The notes: generated from the sequence alone by a model not told the origin. A stretch of DNA of 32,000 nucleotides from Synechococcus sp. A15-28 (GCF_014280175.1 NZ_CP047931.1:1410001-1442000); one strand, 5' to 3'. Shown: positions 1 through 8,479, counted from the stretch's first letter. Translations and numbers: made by a program.

Positions 1-858
1 GAGGCTGTGAGCACCGGGGTGATTGGCGCCATGAAGCGTCAGAACGATTGGTTCTGCAGCACCTACCGCGACCACGTCCATGCCCTGAGCGCCGGTGTTC
101 CGGCTCGGGAAGTGATGAGTGAGCTGTTCGGCAAGGAAACAGGCTGCAGCAAGGGACGAGGTGGATCCATGCACCTTTTCTCCAAGGAACACCACCTGCT
201 GGGGGGCTTTGCCTTCATCGCCGAGGGCATCCCCGTCGCCCTGGGGTCAGCCTTCACCAGCCGCTACAAACGTGATGCTCTCGGCGATGCCTCAAGCAAC
301 GCTGTGACGGCAGCCTTCTTTGGTGATGGCACCTGCAACAACGGCCAGTTCTTCGAATGCATGAACATGGCGCAGCTCTGGAAGCTGCCGATCCTGTTCG
401 TCGTGGAGAACAACAAGTGGGCGATCGGCATGGCCCACGACCGCGCCACCAGTGATCCGGAAATCTGGCGCAAAGCAGCGTCCTTCGGCATGGCTGGCGA
501 AGAAGTCGACGGCATGGACGTGCTTGCCGTTCGTGCTGCGACCCAGCGAGCCCTGGAGCGGGCTCGGGCCGGGGAAGGTCCCACCCTTCTGGAGTGCCTC
601 ACCTACCGCTTCCGCGGTCACTCCCTCGCTGACCCGGACGAACTCCGCGCCGAACAGGAGAAGCAGTTCTGGGCCCAGAGAGATCCACTCAAGGCTTTGG
701 AACGGGACCTCTGCAACGCCAATTTGGTGAGCAGCGATGAGTTGCGAAGCATCGAGAAAGAGATCGATGCCATCGTTCAGGACTGTGTGGAGTTCGCCCT
801 TTCCGCCCCGGAGCCCGATCCAGCGGAGTTGACCCGCTACATCTGGGCCGAGGACTGA
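1..858 (+). CDS. pdhA: Pyruvate dehydrogenase E1 component, alpha subunit (5'-truncated by window edge)
   Basis: The reading frame is open to nt 1, and the track's GTG at 7 is internal. The translation carries TPP-dependent E1-alpha motifs ([39 protein letters not shown]). The stop is at 856-858. Confidence 0.9.
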   Translation, partial: EAVSTGVIGAMKRQNDWFCSTYRDHVHALSAGVPAREVMSELFGKETGCSKGRGGSMHLFSKEHHLLGGFAFIAEGIPVALGSAFTSRYKRDALGDASSNAVTAAFFGDGTCNNGQFFECMNMAQLWKLPILFVVENNKWAIGMAHDRATSDPEIWRKAASFGMAGEEVDGMDVLAVRAATQRALERARAGEGPTLLECLTYRFRGHSLADPDELRAEQEKQFWAQRDPLKALERDLCNANLVSSDELRSIEKEIDAIVQDCVEFALSAPEPDPAELTRYIWAED

Positions 859-879
859 TAAGGCAGCCGTCCCGGCAGC

Positions 880-1821
880 TCAGATCCCGCTTGGCAGCCG
901 CCGGGTCAGATTGCGCAACTTGCGCAAGGCCTTGAGCTCCACCTGACGCACACGCTCTCTGGAGACATCCATCAAGCGTCCGATCTCAGCCAGGGTGTGA
1001 CGCTCGTTGCCCTCAAGACCGAAGCGAAGCTTCAACACGTGCTGTTCCTGCTCGCTGAGGTGACTGAGCCAGCGTCCGAGCTGCTCGTGGTGAATGCGTT
1101 GCTCAACGATGTCAAGCGGCTCATCCAGGGAGGAGTCGGCAATGAGATCACCGAGGAAGCTGCGACCCTCCTCCCCGTTCACAGGAGCATCGAGACTGCT
1201 GGTGGTGAGGGCCTGTCTCAGGAGTGAATCAAGCTCATCCAAAGGGATGTCCATCGCCTCAGCGATTTCCACACGGCTGGGCATGGCACCGAGCTTGTGG
1301 GCGAGATCAAGACTCACCTTGCGGATTGTGGTGAGTCGCTCGCTGAGATGCACCGGAAGCCTGATGGTGCGGGACTGACAGGCGATGGCACGGGTCATGC
1401 TCTGACGGATCCACCAGAAGGCATAGGTCGAGAATTTGTAACCGCGGGTGGGATCAAATTTCTCGACGGCACGCTCAAGCCCCAGGGAACCTTCCTGGAT
1501 GAGATCGAGAAGTTCCAGGCCCTTTCCCTGATATTTCTTGGCAACGCTCACAACCAGGCGGAGGTTGGCTTTCATCATCCGTTCCTTGGCCCGTCGACCG
1601 ATGCGAAGCATCCGGCGCTGCTTACCGGTCAGCTCGTGGTCTTCAAACGTTTTGGAACCGTCTTCCGTCAGAGCCATCATCGACTGGACCTGATTGCCCA
1701 GTTCGATTTCTTCGGCAGGGGTGAGCAGCGGGATGCGGCCGATGGTGGCCAGATACCAGCTGACAGGGTCACTGCTGCGGCGGCGCTGGGAATCGATGGT
1801 TTTCTGAGCTGATGAAACCAT
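880..1821 (-). CDS. RNA polymerase sigma-70 family factor (cyanobacterial group-2-like)
   Basis: 313-aa ORF with region 2 (YKFSTYAFWWIRQ), region 3, and a region 4.2 HTH (TLAEIGRLMDVSRERVRQVELKALRKLR). It is convergent with pdhA. Confidence 0.9.
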   Translation of the reverse strand: MVSSAQKTIDSQRRRSSDPVSWYLATIGRIPLLTPAEEIELGNQVQSMMALTEDGSKTFEDHELTGKQRRMLRIGRRAKERMMKANLRLVVSVAKKYQGKGLELLDLIQEGSLGLERAVEKFDPTRGYKFSTYAFWWIRQSMTRAIACQSRTIRLPVHLSERLTTIRKVSLDLAHKLGAMPSRVEIAEAMDIPLDELDSLLRQALTTSSLDAPVNGEEGRSFLGDLIADSSLDEPLDIVEQRIHHEQLGRWLSHLSEQEQHVLKLRFGLEGNERHTLAEIGRLMDVSRERVRQVELKALRKLRNLTRRLPSGI

Positions 1822-2134
1822 TGCGTGTCCTCCGCCGTGGTGAGAGAACCTTCTTACGAAGATCAGAAAAACAGAAGTGTTTTCAGCAACCTTTCAGATT
1901 TGTGCGAGCGAATCGAAACACTTCATGTTTCCCTCGCAATTGAGAACAATGTCCTCATCGGACCATTAAATTTTTCGTATTGAAAGCCTCATCAATCAAG
2001 ATGAATTCACAGGGATTGTCCTGAATAGCTGACGACAATCGCAGCGGTGGTGTACTCCGCAAGCTGAACAGCTTGTCTGAACAGAATCACCCCATACCAC
2101 GACCCCACACACTGGAGACAGGTCCACACCCCCG

Positions 2135-3331
2135 ATGAGCAGCGTCACCAGCTCAACTGATCGCCTCCCATCCGCAGCTGGAGAAGCAGCACTGGAGCGG
2201 CTACGGGCCTGGCCGGGTGAGCACCGTGTCGCCGTTGGGCTGTCCGGAGGAGTGGACAGTTCCCTGACCGCAGCGTTGTTGGTGGAGGCTGGTTGGCAAG
2301 TGGAGGGCCTCACCCTCTGGTTGATGAGTGGTAAGGGTGCCTGCTGCGCCGAAGGCCTCGTGGATGCAGCCGGAATCTGTGAGCAGCTCGGCATCCCCCA
2401 TCACGTGGTGGATACACGGGACACCTTCCAACAGGAAATCGTGCAGCGGCTGGTGGATGGCTACCGCGACGGCATCACCCCTTTGCCCTGCTCCCAGTGC
2501 AACCGCTCAGTGAAGTTCGGCCCGATGCTCGAGTGGGCCGCCGAACACCGGGGGCTGCCCAGGATTGCCACAGGCCACTACGCCAGGATCCGTCACGGCG
2601 GTGCACAGGGCCGGCATCAGCTGCTGCGGGGGCTCGACTGCCGTAAAGACCAGAGCTACTTCCTCTACGACCTTCCCCAGGATGTGCTGGGACGCATCGT
2701 GTTCCCCCTCGGCGAGCTCACCAAAGCCGACACCCGACTGGAAGCGGCGCGACACGGCCTGCGCACGGCGGAAAAACCGGAAAGCCAGGATCTATGCCTG
2801 GCGGATCACCATGGCTCCATGCGGGCCTTCCTGGACACCTATCTCCCCCCGCGACAAGGCGAGATCGTGCTGAGTGACGGCACGGTGGTTGGTGAGCATG
2901 ACGGCATCGAGCACTTCACCATCGGCCAACGCAAGGGTCTGGGTGTGGCCTGGAAGGAGCCGCTTCACGTGATCCGGCTGGACCCCGCCATGAACCGCGT
3001 GGTGGTGGCGCCCCGGGCGGAGGCCGGGCGGCGCAGCTGTGTTGTGGGCGCCATCAACTGGATCTCCATGGCACCACCCCAGCAGCCATTGGAGGTGGAG
3101 GTTCAGGTGCGTTACCGCAGTGAACCCGTGGCGGCACAACTCACACCAATCGCCCATGAACCGGAGGATGAAGCGCGGAAGCGGCCCTATCGCTGCCGGC
3201 TGCAATTCACCGACGATCAGTTCTCCATCACCCCTGGACAGGCGGCCGTCTTCTACGACGGGGAAACAGTGCTGGGGGGAGGGTTGATTCAGCGGGACGA
3301 CCACGACCAGCCGCTGACCAGCCGGGCGTAG
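2135..3331 (+). CDS. mnmA: tRNA 2-thiouridine(34) synthase MnmA
   Basis: 398 aa with PP-loop [17 protein letters not shown], and the conserved KDQSYFLY motif. The exact start is uncertain. Confidence 0.9.
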   Translation: MSSVTSSTDRLPSAAGEAALERLRAWPGEHRVAVGLSGGVDSSLTAALLVEAGWQVEGLTLWLMSGKGACCAEGLVDAAGICEQLGIPHHVVDTRDTFQQEIVQRLVDGYRDGITPLPCSQCNRSVKFGPMLEWAAEHRGLPRIATGHYARIRHGGAQGRHQLLRGLDCRKDQSYFLYDLPQDVLGRIVFPLGELTKADTRLEAARHGLRTAEKPESQDLCLADHHGSMRAFLDTYLPPRQGEIVLSDGTVVGEHDGIEHFTIGQRKGLGVAWKEPLHVIRLDPAMNRVVVAPRAEAGRRSCVVGAINWISMAPPQQPLEVEVQVRYRSEPVAAQLTPIAHEPEDEARKRPYRCRLQFTDDQFSITPGQAAVFYDGETVLGGGLIQRDDHDQPLTSRA

Positions 3332-4725
3332 CCCGTGAGCTGGCTCCGCAGCTGGAGATCCGTCACCGCGACAGCTTCGCTGCCCGCCTCCAGGAGTTGC
3401 TGCACCGAGCCATCCGCCGACACCAGCGCCGTCGGCCCCGTGTTCGCCACACTCAAAACGTCGCGTCCGGTTTCAATCGCCCGCAGCTGAGCCAGGGCCA
3501 GAAATTGCCGCTGCAACAGCTGGGGGTAGGGATCGAGATTAGCGATCGTCAACAACCATTCAGCCCCTTGCGCAGACGCTTGAGCCAAAGCCCATCCGTG
3601 GCTGATCTCGTAACAGATGGCGATGGCGGAGGGGGATGGCCAGGCCTCGGCATAACGAGACGCATTTCCCGGCTGAAGCCCCCCCACCGCCGACAGCCCC
3701 CGGGTCAAGCCAGCCGGCAACGGTGGCAACCACTCACCCAGTGGAACCAGACGGTGCTTGTCAACGAGGGGCTCCAGCCCGGCTAGGCCCGGCAACCCCA
3801 ACAACACACTGCTGCGCAGCTGCCCGCGAACCCAGCGAAAACCTCCGCTGATCAACGGCAGGGGCAACCCATCCACATCATCCGGCTGCCAGCGGGACGG
3901 CAGGGTTCCCTCCGGGGCCACCAACGCCTGCACCTGCAGGGCCTGGGCCTGCTGCAAGGCCGATGACAACGCTGCGTTGAAGCGCCGCTGGCGGTCCGGG
4001 CTGAATTTCTCACGGGTGGGAACCGCCGGCTGCCAGGCGCCAAGTCGCAGGGAAGCGAAGGCGGGCGGCGGAACCAAACTCAACGCCCCCAAGCCATGCG
4101 CCAGCAGCAGAGAGAGCAACCAAGCGGTGCTGCGTTTCCCCCGACGGCGCCAGAGCTGCCAGAGCCCCCAGCCCCAGATCAGCTGAAGCGTGGCCAGTCC
4201 ACCACTGCCAAGCCAGCGGGCCAGGCCAGCCAGTGGCCGGTCCAGAGGCAACACACTTCCCCCGACACCGATCCAGAACAACGGAGACCCTTCCAGAAGC
4301 AGTTCGGCTCCCCCCCAGACCAAAGACAGCAGCAGCACGACGGAGAACCGCCAGCCCCCGTCCCTGAACCGGCACATCCGCGCCAACAGAGACCAGAGCA
4401 GCAGCAGCAGGGCTGCGGCAACGCCGCAGCACAACCAGAGCGCAACAGCCACCGGCAAGCTGAGCCAAGCCGGCACGCCCATCCAGGTGAGTGGATGCAA
4501 GCCAAGAATCCAGCGGTGGCTGATCAGGACGGCAAACATCCCCCAGAGCGCCGCGTTCCGCGGTCGGTCCGCCAGCGACCACAGCAGGGCCAAGGCCGGA
4601 AACATCGACAACGGTCCGGCGACCCCAGGGGCCAGTCCGGCCAGGACTCCACCCAGAACACTTCGCAGCAGAGGCTGTGATCGGAGATCGCCCATGGTCA
4701 ATGGGATTAACTTGTCACGCATCAC
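3289..4725 (-). CDS. lnt: Apolipoprotein N-acyltransferase
   Basis: 478 aa. The N-terminal half is very hydrophobic with multiple TM segments. The C-terminal half is a CN-hydrolase domain with the catalytic-Cys context [10 protein letters not shown]. Its 3' end overlaps the mnmA 3' end by 43 nt. Confidence 0.8.
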   Translation of the reverse strand: MMRDKLIPLTMGDLRSQPLLRSVLGGVLAGLAPGVAGPLSMFPALALLWSLADRPRNAALWGMFAVLISHRWILGLHPLTWMGVPAWLSLPVAVALWLCCGVAAALLLLLWSLLARMCRFRDGGWRFSVVLLLSLVWGGAELLLEGSPLFWIGVGGSVLPLDRPLAGLARWLGSGGLATLQLIWGWGLWQLWRRRGKRSTAWLLSLLLAHGLGALSLVPPPAFASLRLGAWQPAVPTREKFSPDRQRRFNAALSSALQQAQALQVQALVAPEGTLPSRWQPDDVDGLPLPLISGGFRWVRGQLRSSVLLGLPGLAGLEPLVDKHRLVPLGEWLPPLPAGLTRGLSAVGGLQPGNASRYAEAWPSPSAIAICYEISHGWALAQASAQGAEWLLTIANLDPYPQLLQRQFLALAQLRAIETGRDVLSVANTGPTALVSADGSVQQLLEAGSEAVAVTDLQLRSQLTGYARLVSGWSWSSR

Positions 4726-4801
4726 TTAATCCGCCAGATCGCAGTGCTTGCAACTGTTCTGAAGCACGAGCACAGTCCGGTTGTCCAACGGACTTCAGCC
4801 C

Positions 4802-4996
4802 ATGGAACTGCAACTGGAACAACCACTGACATCGGTTCTCAGCGTCAAAGTCGCTTCTGACGTGGAGCCACGCCTTGATCACCACTGTGCCCGGCTTCAA
4901 CCCAGCGGCACCCTGACCCGCGCTGCCCTTGTGCGTGCCCTGCTTCGTAAGGGCCTGGCCGAGCTGGACGAGATGGAGTCAACCAGTGACCGCTGA
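4802..4996 (+). CDS. Ribbon-helix-helix (CopG/Arc-like) DNA-binding protein, 64 aa
   Basis: ATG at 4802 (the track uses TTG at 4781). The pattern is a beta-strand (LSVKV), helix (DVEPRLDHHCARL), turn and helix (TRAALVRALLRKGLAEL), typical of RHH. An inverted repeat GTGCTT-N12-AAGCAC lies at 4744-4767 just upstream. It is unclear whether this gene belongs to the host or the element. Confidence 0.5.
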   Translation: MELQLEQPLTSVLSVKVASDVEPRLDHHCARLQPSGTLTRAALVRALLRKGLAELDEMESTSDR

Positions 4997-5204
4997 TCTC
5001 TACACCCGCCCGCTAAGAGCTTCGGTGCGTGAACTTCTGCGGGAAGACAACATTGACATCGCGGAAGCGCTTTATTCCGACAGCGATTACCCAACAGCAC
5101 TCAGCAATCTTGCAGAAGTTCGTGTTGCAGCTCAGAAGGTTGTCTTTGAAGCTGATGCGCTCATGTGCGCAGTGCTTGTTAAGGCGATAAGGGAAGACGA
5201 TTGA
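4986..5204 (+). CDS. Hypothetical acidic helical protein, 72 aa
   Basis: The GTG at 4986 overlaps the stop of the upstream RHH gene (GTGACCGCTGA), suggesting an operon. G+C drops within this ORF. A weak hairpin GGGCG-N9-CGCCC follows the stop. Confidence 0.4.
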   Translation: MTADLYTRPLRASVRELLREDNIDIAEALYSDSDYPTALSNLAEVRVAAQKVVFEADALMCAVLVKAIREDD

Positions 5205-5237
5205 ATCATCATACGGGCGGGTAATTCTCGCCCATTG

Positions 5238-5265
5238 TTGACACTTTTAGTTCATCTCTCAAAAT
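5238..5265 (+). promoter_or_regulatory. Putative sigma-70-type promoter for the replication operon
   Basis: TTGACA at 5238-5243, a 16-nt spacer, then CAAAAT at 5260-5265, in an AT-rich spacer about 30 nt upstream of the 5294 ORF. This is a pattern match only. Confidence 0.25.
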
Positions 5266-5293
5266 GGACTCATAAGACAAATTTTTGGTTCTT

Positions 5294-5464
5294 ATGAAGT
5301 TCAAGCCGCGTTACAAGTATCCGCACATTGCTGCGACATACCTAAGCGATGAACTGCTCAGCCAAGTCACCAAATTCTCTGCTGTTCACGACTGCAGCAA
5401 ATCAGAAGCGATTCGCCTCCTGATGCAGAACGGCCTTGCCGCAATGCTTTTAGACGACGGCTGA
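5294..5464 (+). CDS. Small ribbon-helix-helix-like regulator, 56 aa (not in ORF track, <60 aa)
   Basis: Hand translation: MKFKPRYKYPHIAATYLSDELLSQVTKFSAVHDCSKSEAIRLLMQNGLAAMLLDDG*. The strand-helix-helix layout (ATYLSDELLSQV... SKSEAIRLLMQNGL) is typical of CopG/MetJ-type regulators. It is the first gene of the rightward Rep operon. Confidence 0.5.
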   Translation: MKFKPRYKYPHIAATYLSDELLSQVTKFSAVHDCSKSEAIRLLMQNGLAAMLLDDG

Positions 5465-5527
5465 GAAAAATGAAGGGCCGCCCTGACAAGCCAACCCTTC
5501 ACCAATCCGACCAATGGAATTTTAACC

Positions 5528-5680
5528 ATGAGACGATCTGATGCTGGATTTTCCGTCCTAATTGCTTCCATTTACAGCGAGATTGAGGACTGGATTGATA
5601 AGCACCCTGACTGCTCACCGCACGCCTCACTTGCGGTTGATCGTCTGTTGCTGCTTCTAACGACAATGGGACAGATGTGA
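5528..5680 (+). CDS. Hypothetical 50-aa protein, translationally coupled to Rep (not in ORF track)
   Basis: Hand translation: MRRSDAGFSVLIASIYSEIEDWIDKHPDCSPHASLAVDRLLLLLTTMGQM*. Its stop TGA (5678-5680) overlaps the Rep ATG (5680-5682) as TGATG. Confidence 0.35.
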   Translation: MRRSDAGFSVLIASIYSEIEDWIDKHPDCSPHASLAVDRLLLLLTTMGQM

Positions 5681-7668
5681 TGACAACTGATGGTTGGGAT
5701 GCGGAGGAGATTGATCCGACGCATAGGGACGAGTGGGTCAATGGTTCTGGCATCAGTCCTGAAATCACTGAATTAAATCTGCAGTCACTCAGTGGTCCGC
5801 AGGCTCTTGAAGCCATTACGTCAAAACGTCTGGAATCAGCAGGTGGTCATGGGCAGCAGTACGCCACAGGCGAAGTTGCCAAGGTTCTCAATCGTTATGA
5901 GCACCTAGACGCTGGTGGCTGGTGGTGCAGTGCCACAGGTGACTCAGGCTGCCTGAAACCAAACACACCACGCAAGAACGACAAAGGCGACCTGATCAAA
6001 TACGAGAACCCGTTAGGTGTTCCCTGCGGTGTCTTCCAGCTCCAGATGCCGGATGAGACCTACTGGCCTGAGCGTGAGCGGAACTGCAGCGAAACCATTG
6101 TCATCACAGAAGGCGCAAAGAAAGCAGCGGCGCTCCTGTCATGTGGCATCCCTGCCATTGCTGTTGCGGGCATCTGGAATGGCACACCAAAGGACGACCG
6201 TGACCAACACTGCCTGCACCCAGATCTGATGCGTTGGGCAGGGCATCGCATCGTCATCTGCTTTGACTACAGCGACAAAGCACGCGGCAGAAGAAACGTC
6301 AGCAAGGCAGCCCTGCGTCTTGCGCATCAGCTTTATGCCAACGGATCGCCGTGGGTTGGCACCGCACACTGCAAGGGTCCCGAGAAGGGCATTGATGATC
6401 TGCTGGTTGCTCACGGCCATGCCGCCGTTCATCAACTGATCGCCTCTGCGCAAAAGGTTGACGTTCAACGCGAGCTTGAGGACCGGAAAGAGCCAGAGCG
6501 GATCAGGCAAGCCGCCAACAAATTTCTGGACTGCGACGACGAGGCAGAGCGTGCCGCCTTCAGATCTAGGTTCTGCAGCAATAAACGCATCAACATCAAG
6601 GACTTCAGTTCGGTCGTTAATGAGCAGCTCGCTTTGCGGCATCCATTGCAAAAGCTGGAGTCACGGCCGCTGACACCCGATGAGCTTGATGCTGAGCCGG
6701 TTAACGACGCCAGAACGTTCTTTGATCAGCTTTTGACTGAACGCTGGTCAACCCTGATTGGCGGCAACAGAGGCAGCACCAAGACCATCCTCACGTTGCA
6801 ACTGATGGTGGCGTTGATGAAGCAGCGCAGCCCTGACGTGATCGGCTTGCGTCCTGAAGCAACGGGACTGCGTGTCCTTTACGTGTGCTCTGACGCGATG
6901 GCTGAACGCATCAGGGACTACCTGACTCAGATGGGCTGCTGGAGAGATCCAGAAGTTCGCAAGGGCATTCGGATCTGGGGCAACTCGCACACACAACGCA
7001 AGTGGACCATCAGTGACCTTGATGGATTGGAGAAGCAGATGGAGGAATTCAAACCAAACGTTGTCGTCATTGACTCGCTGAAGGGCGCCCTTGGGCCATT
7101 GCTTGAGGACATCTCAAGACCGATCATTCGGCATCACATGGATGCGGTGCATGACATCGTTCTGCGCAGTGCTGCATTGCTGTGGATCCACCACGCCAAC
7201 AAGATTGGAAAGATCGCAGACAACGAGGCACTACAGGAAGCACCTGACATGGTCTACCTGCTGGAGAAAGAGCAGAACGAACTGGTGAGCCTGAAGCCGA
7301 TCAAGTGCCGTGGCGGTGAAGGCATCCGTCGTCAGTACCAACTGCAGGGCGATTTCCTCTGGCCTGAGTTGACGGAGCAGAAGAAGACGTCAGACATCAG
7401 TAAGGTCAACAGCGACGTCATGGAGTACGTCAGGAAGCAAAACCAGCACGACATCAAGCCCAGCATCAGGACCGTGACAGAAGGGCTGCCTCAGCACTCC
7501 GCTGAAGCGATCAAGTCCAGCATCAAGCGGCTTAGAGGCAAGGAGTGGCTGCTGGGTAAGCCAGATCCAAAGGACCTGAGATCGTGCCTGCTGGAAGTGG
7601 CGCCAAAGTTTTTTGACACCCCCTCCCCCCCTGTAAAAGGGGCATGGCCCATAAAAAACGGCCCATAA
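5680..7668 (+). CDS. Replication protein: N-terminal Toprim/DUF3854-like primase-type domain plus C-terminal RecA/DnaB-like (AAA_25/RepA-like) ATPase. It resembles cyanobacterial plasmid CyRepA-type Rep proteins.
   Basis: About 662 aa. The N-terminal half has WV.GSGI, KYENPLG, and VITEGAKKAAALLSCGIPAIAVAGIWNG...VICFDYSD (a Toprim-like acidic cluster). The C-terminal half has a P-loop-like LIGGNRGSTKTILTLQL, Walker B VVVIDSLKG, and LLWIHHANK. The start is ATG 5680 (or GTG 5677). Confidence 0.85.
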   Translation: MTTDGWDAEEIDPTHRDEWVNGSGISPEITELNLQSLSGPQALEAITSKRLESAGGHGQQYATGEVAKVLNRYEHLDAGGWWCSATGDSGCLKPNTPRKNDKGDLIKYENPLGVPCGVFQLQMPDETYWPERERNCSETIVITEGAKKAAALLSCGIPAIAVAGIWNGTPKDDRDQHCLHPDLMRWAGHRIVICFDYSDKARGRRNVSKAALRLAHQLYANGSPWVGTAHCKGPEKGIDDLLVAHGHAAVHQLIASAQKVDVQRELEDRKEPERIRQAANKFLDCDDEAERAAFRSRFCSNKRINIKDFSSVVNEQLALRHPLQKLESRPLTPDELDAEPVNDARTFFDQLLTERWSTLIGGNRGSTKTILTLQLMVALMKQRSPDVIGLRPEATGLRVLYVCSDAMAERIRDYLTQMGCWRDPEVRKGIRIWGNSHTQRKWTISDLDGLEKQMEEFKPNVVVIDSLKGALGPLLEDISRPIIRHHMDAVHDIVLRSAALLWIHHANKIGKIADNEALQEAPDMVYLLEKEQNELVSLKPIKCRGGEGIRRQYQLQGDFLWPELTEQKKTSDISKVNSDVMEYVRKQNQHDIKPSIRTVTEGLPQHSAEAIKSSIKRLRGKEWLLGKPDPKDLRSCLLEVAPKFFDTPSPPVKGAWPIKNGP

Positions 7669-7752
7669 ATTTTGGATGTGGGCCATTCGGGTTATGAGAT
7701 ATGGGCCGCGCATAATCCCAGTCACTGACTGGTGTTTCCCTTGATATGGGCT
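7646..7752. repeat. Iteron-like repeat cluster (candidate replication origin)
   Basis: GGCCCATAAA occurs exactly at 7646-7655 and 7660-7669. Inverted copies follow: GTGGGCC at 7678-7684, ATGGGCC at 7701-7707 and ATGGGCT at 7746-7752. GATATGGGC is repeated at 7698-7706 and 7743-7751. A/T-rich stretches lie between them. The cluster straddles the Rep stop codon (7666-7668). Confidence 0.5.
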
Positions 7753-7808
7753 GTGTGTAGTGGTGTGTGTGTTGGGAGGAGAGAGAGTTCCTCCACTTCT
7801 ACTGTCAT

Positions 7809-8060
7809 CTAATCAGAAGCAAGCACCAGCTCCTTCGGGATGCGCTTCAGGCCACCGGCAACGTATGCCTCCCAGCAATCGCCTACGTCGCCGACGATCA
7901 GGATTGGGATGACTGTCCCTTTGTGTTGATAACGGGCATGGACCGGATCTATCACGTCTGCCTCACAAATACGGGTCCTTTCTGTGTAGCGCAGCGTAGG
8001 TAATTTCGGACCGCCTTCATTATTTAGCGTCAGATAAGTTGGACCTAAACTGCCTAGCAC
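7809..8060 (-). CDS. Hypothetical protein, 83 aa (GTG start)
   Basis: ORF-track entry and the last gene of the leftward small-gene string. Its composition is more protein-like than the overlapping + strand ORF 7767-8003. I recognise no motif. Confidence 0.3.
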   Translation of the reverse strand: MLGSLGPTYLTLNNEGGPKLPTLRYTERTRICEADVIDPVHARYQHKGTVIPILIVGDVGDCWEAYVAGGLKRIPKELVLASD

Positions 8061-8075
8061 TATCTATTAGCCAAG

Positions 8076-8252
8076 CTAATCAAATTTGTGGTCAACAGCA
8101 GATGATAGCACGGTGGAATGGTCTGCGCATCGTTTCTCCCGTACGGCCTGCCAGTACCGCCTCGCCTGCGCACTACTCAGGGCATCATCAGCAGGGTTAG
8201 GCCGCATTGGAACGTCATCATCAGGCTGATGAGAGGCGAATTGCTGAGGCAT
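8076..8252 (-). CDS. Hypothetical protein, 58 aa (not in ORF track)
   Basis: Hand translation: MPQQFASHQPDDDVPMRPNPADDALSSAQARRYWQAVREKRCADHSTVLSSAVDHKFD*. It sits between the AlpA-like gene and the 83-aa ORF on the same strand. Confidence 0.25.
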   Translation of the reverse strand: MPQQFASHQPDDDVPMRPNPADDALSSAQARRYWQAVREKRCADHSTVLSSAVDHKFD

Positions 8253-8278
8253 CAGTAGACAAAACTCATGCCCTTAAT

Positions 8279-8479
8279 TTATCGCTGTGTGTATAGCAGC
8301 AAGGCCATCTCACAGGCGGGCAAGTTAAAGCGCAGATGCCCGCGAGACGTTGCACCAGAACGGTAGTAGTGCACTCCGCCTTTGAAATAGCCTTCCTTCA
8401 TCAGCCGCCATTGTGTCGTTCGTCCTAACCGCAGTTGCCGTCTCATTTCTGACGCTTTTACCCAATCTGATTGGAACAC
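8279..8479 (-). CDS. AlpA/excisionase-like helix-turn-helix DNA-binding protein, 66 aa
   Basis: WVKASEMRRQLRLGRTTQWRLMKEGYFKGGVHYYR fits the AlpA/Xis HTH_17 pattern (L..E....LG.S..T.YRL.K.G.FP). It has a GTG start at 8479 and is divergent from the capsid gene. Confidence 0.7.
   Translation of the reverse strand: MFQSDWVKASEMRRQLRLGRTTQWRLMKEGYFKGGVHYYRSGATSRGHLRFNLPACEMALLLYTQR

Noticed and set aside
4728-4736. Candidate att repeats. AATCCGCCA is shared by the left edge (4728-4736) and the right edge (12797-12805). A 15/20 match also links 4967-4986 (GACGAGATGGAGTCAACCAG) to 12788-12806.
   Set aside because: Matches of this length are expected by chance given the size of the two searched regions, at roughly 0.3 expected occurrences for the 9-mer. 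The right-hand copies lie inside the coding region of the phasin-like gene. I keep them only as things to inspect once an empty site is available.
7753-7772. GT-rich tract (ctgtgtgtagtggtgtgtgt) considered as a microsatellite or phase-variation site
   Set aside because: It is short and imperfect, with no uniform repeat unit, and it is not inside a confident coding region. I note it only as part of the putative origin region.
7767-8003. 78-aa + strand ORF overlapping the 83-aa - strand ORF
   Set aside because: It is Cys-, His- and Trp-rich with an implausible composition, and it starts inside the GT-rich tract after the iterons. The - strand ORF continues the leftward gene string. Neither ORF is strongly supported.
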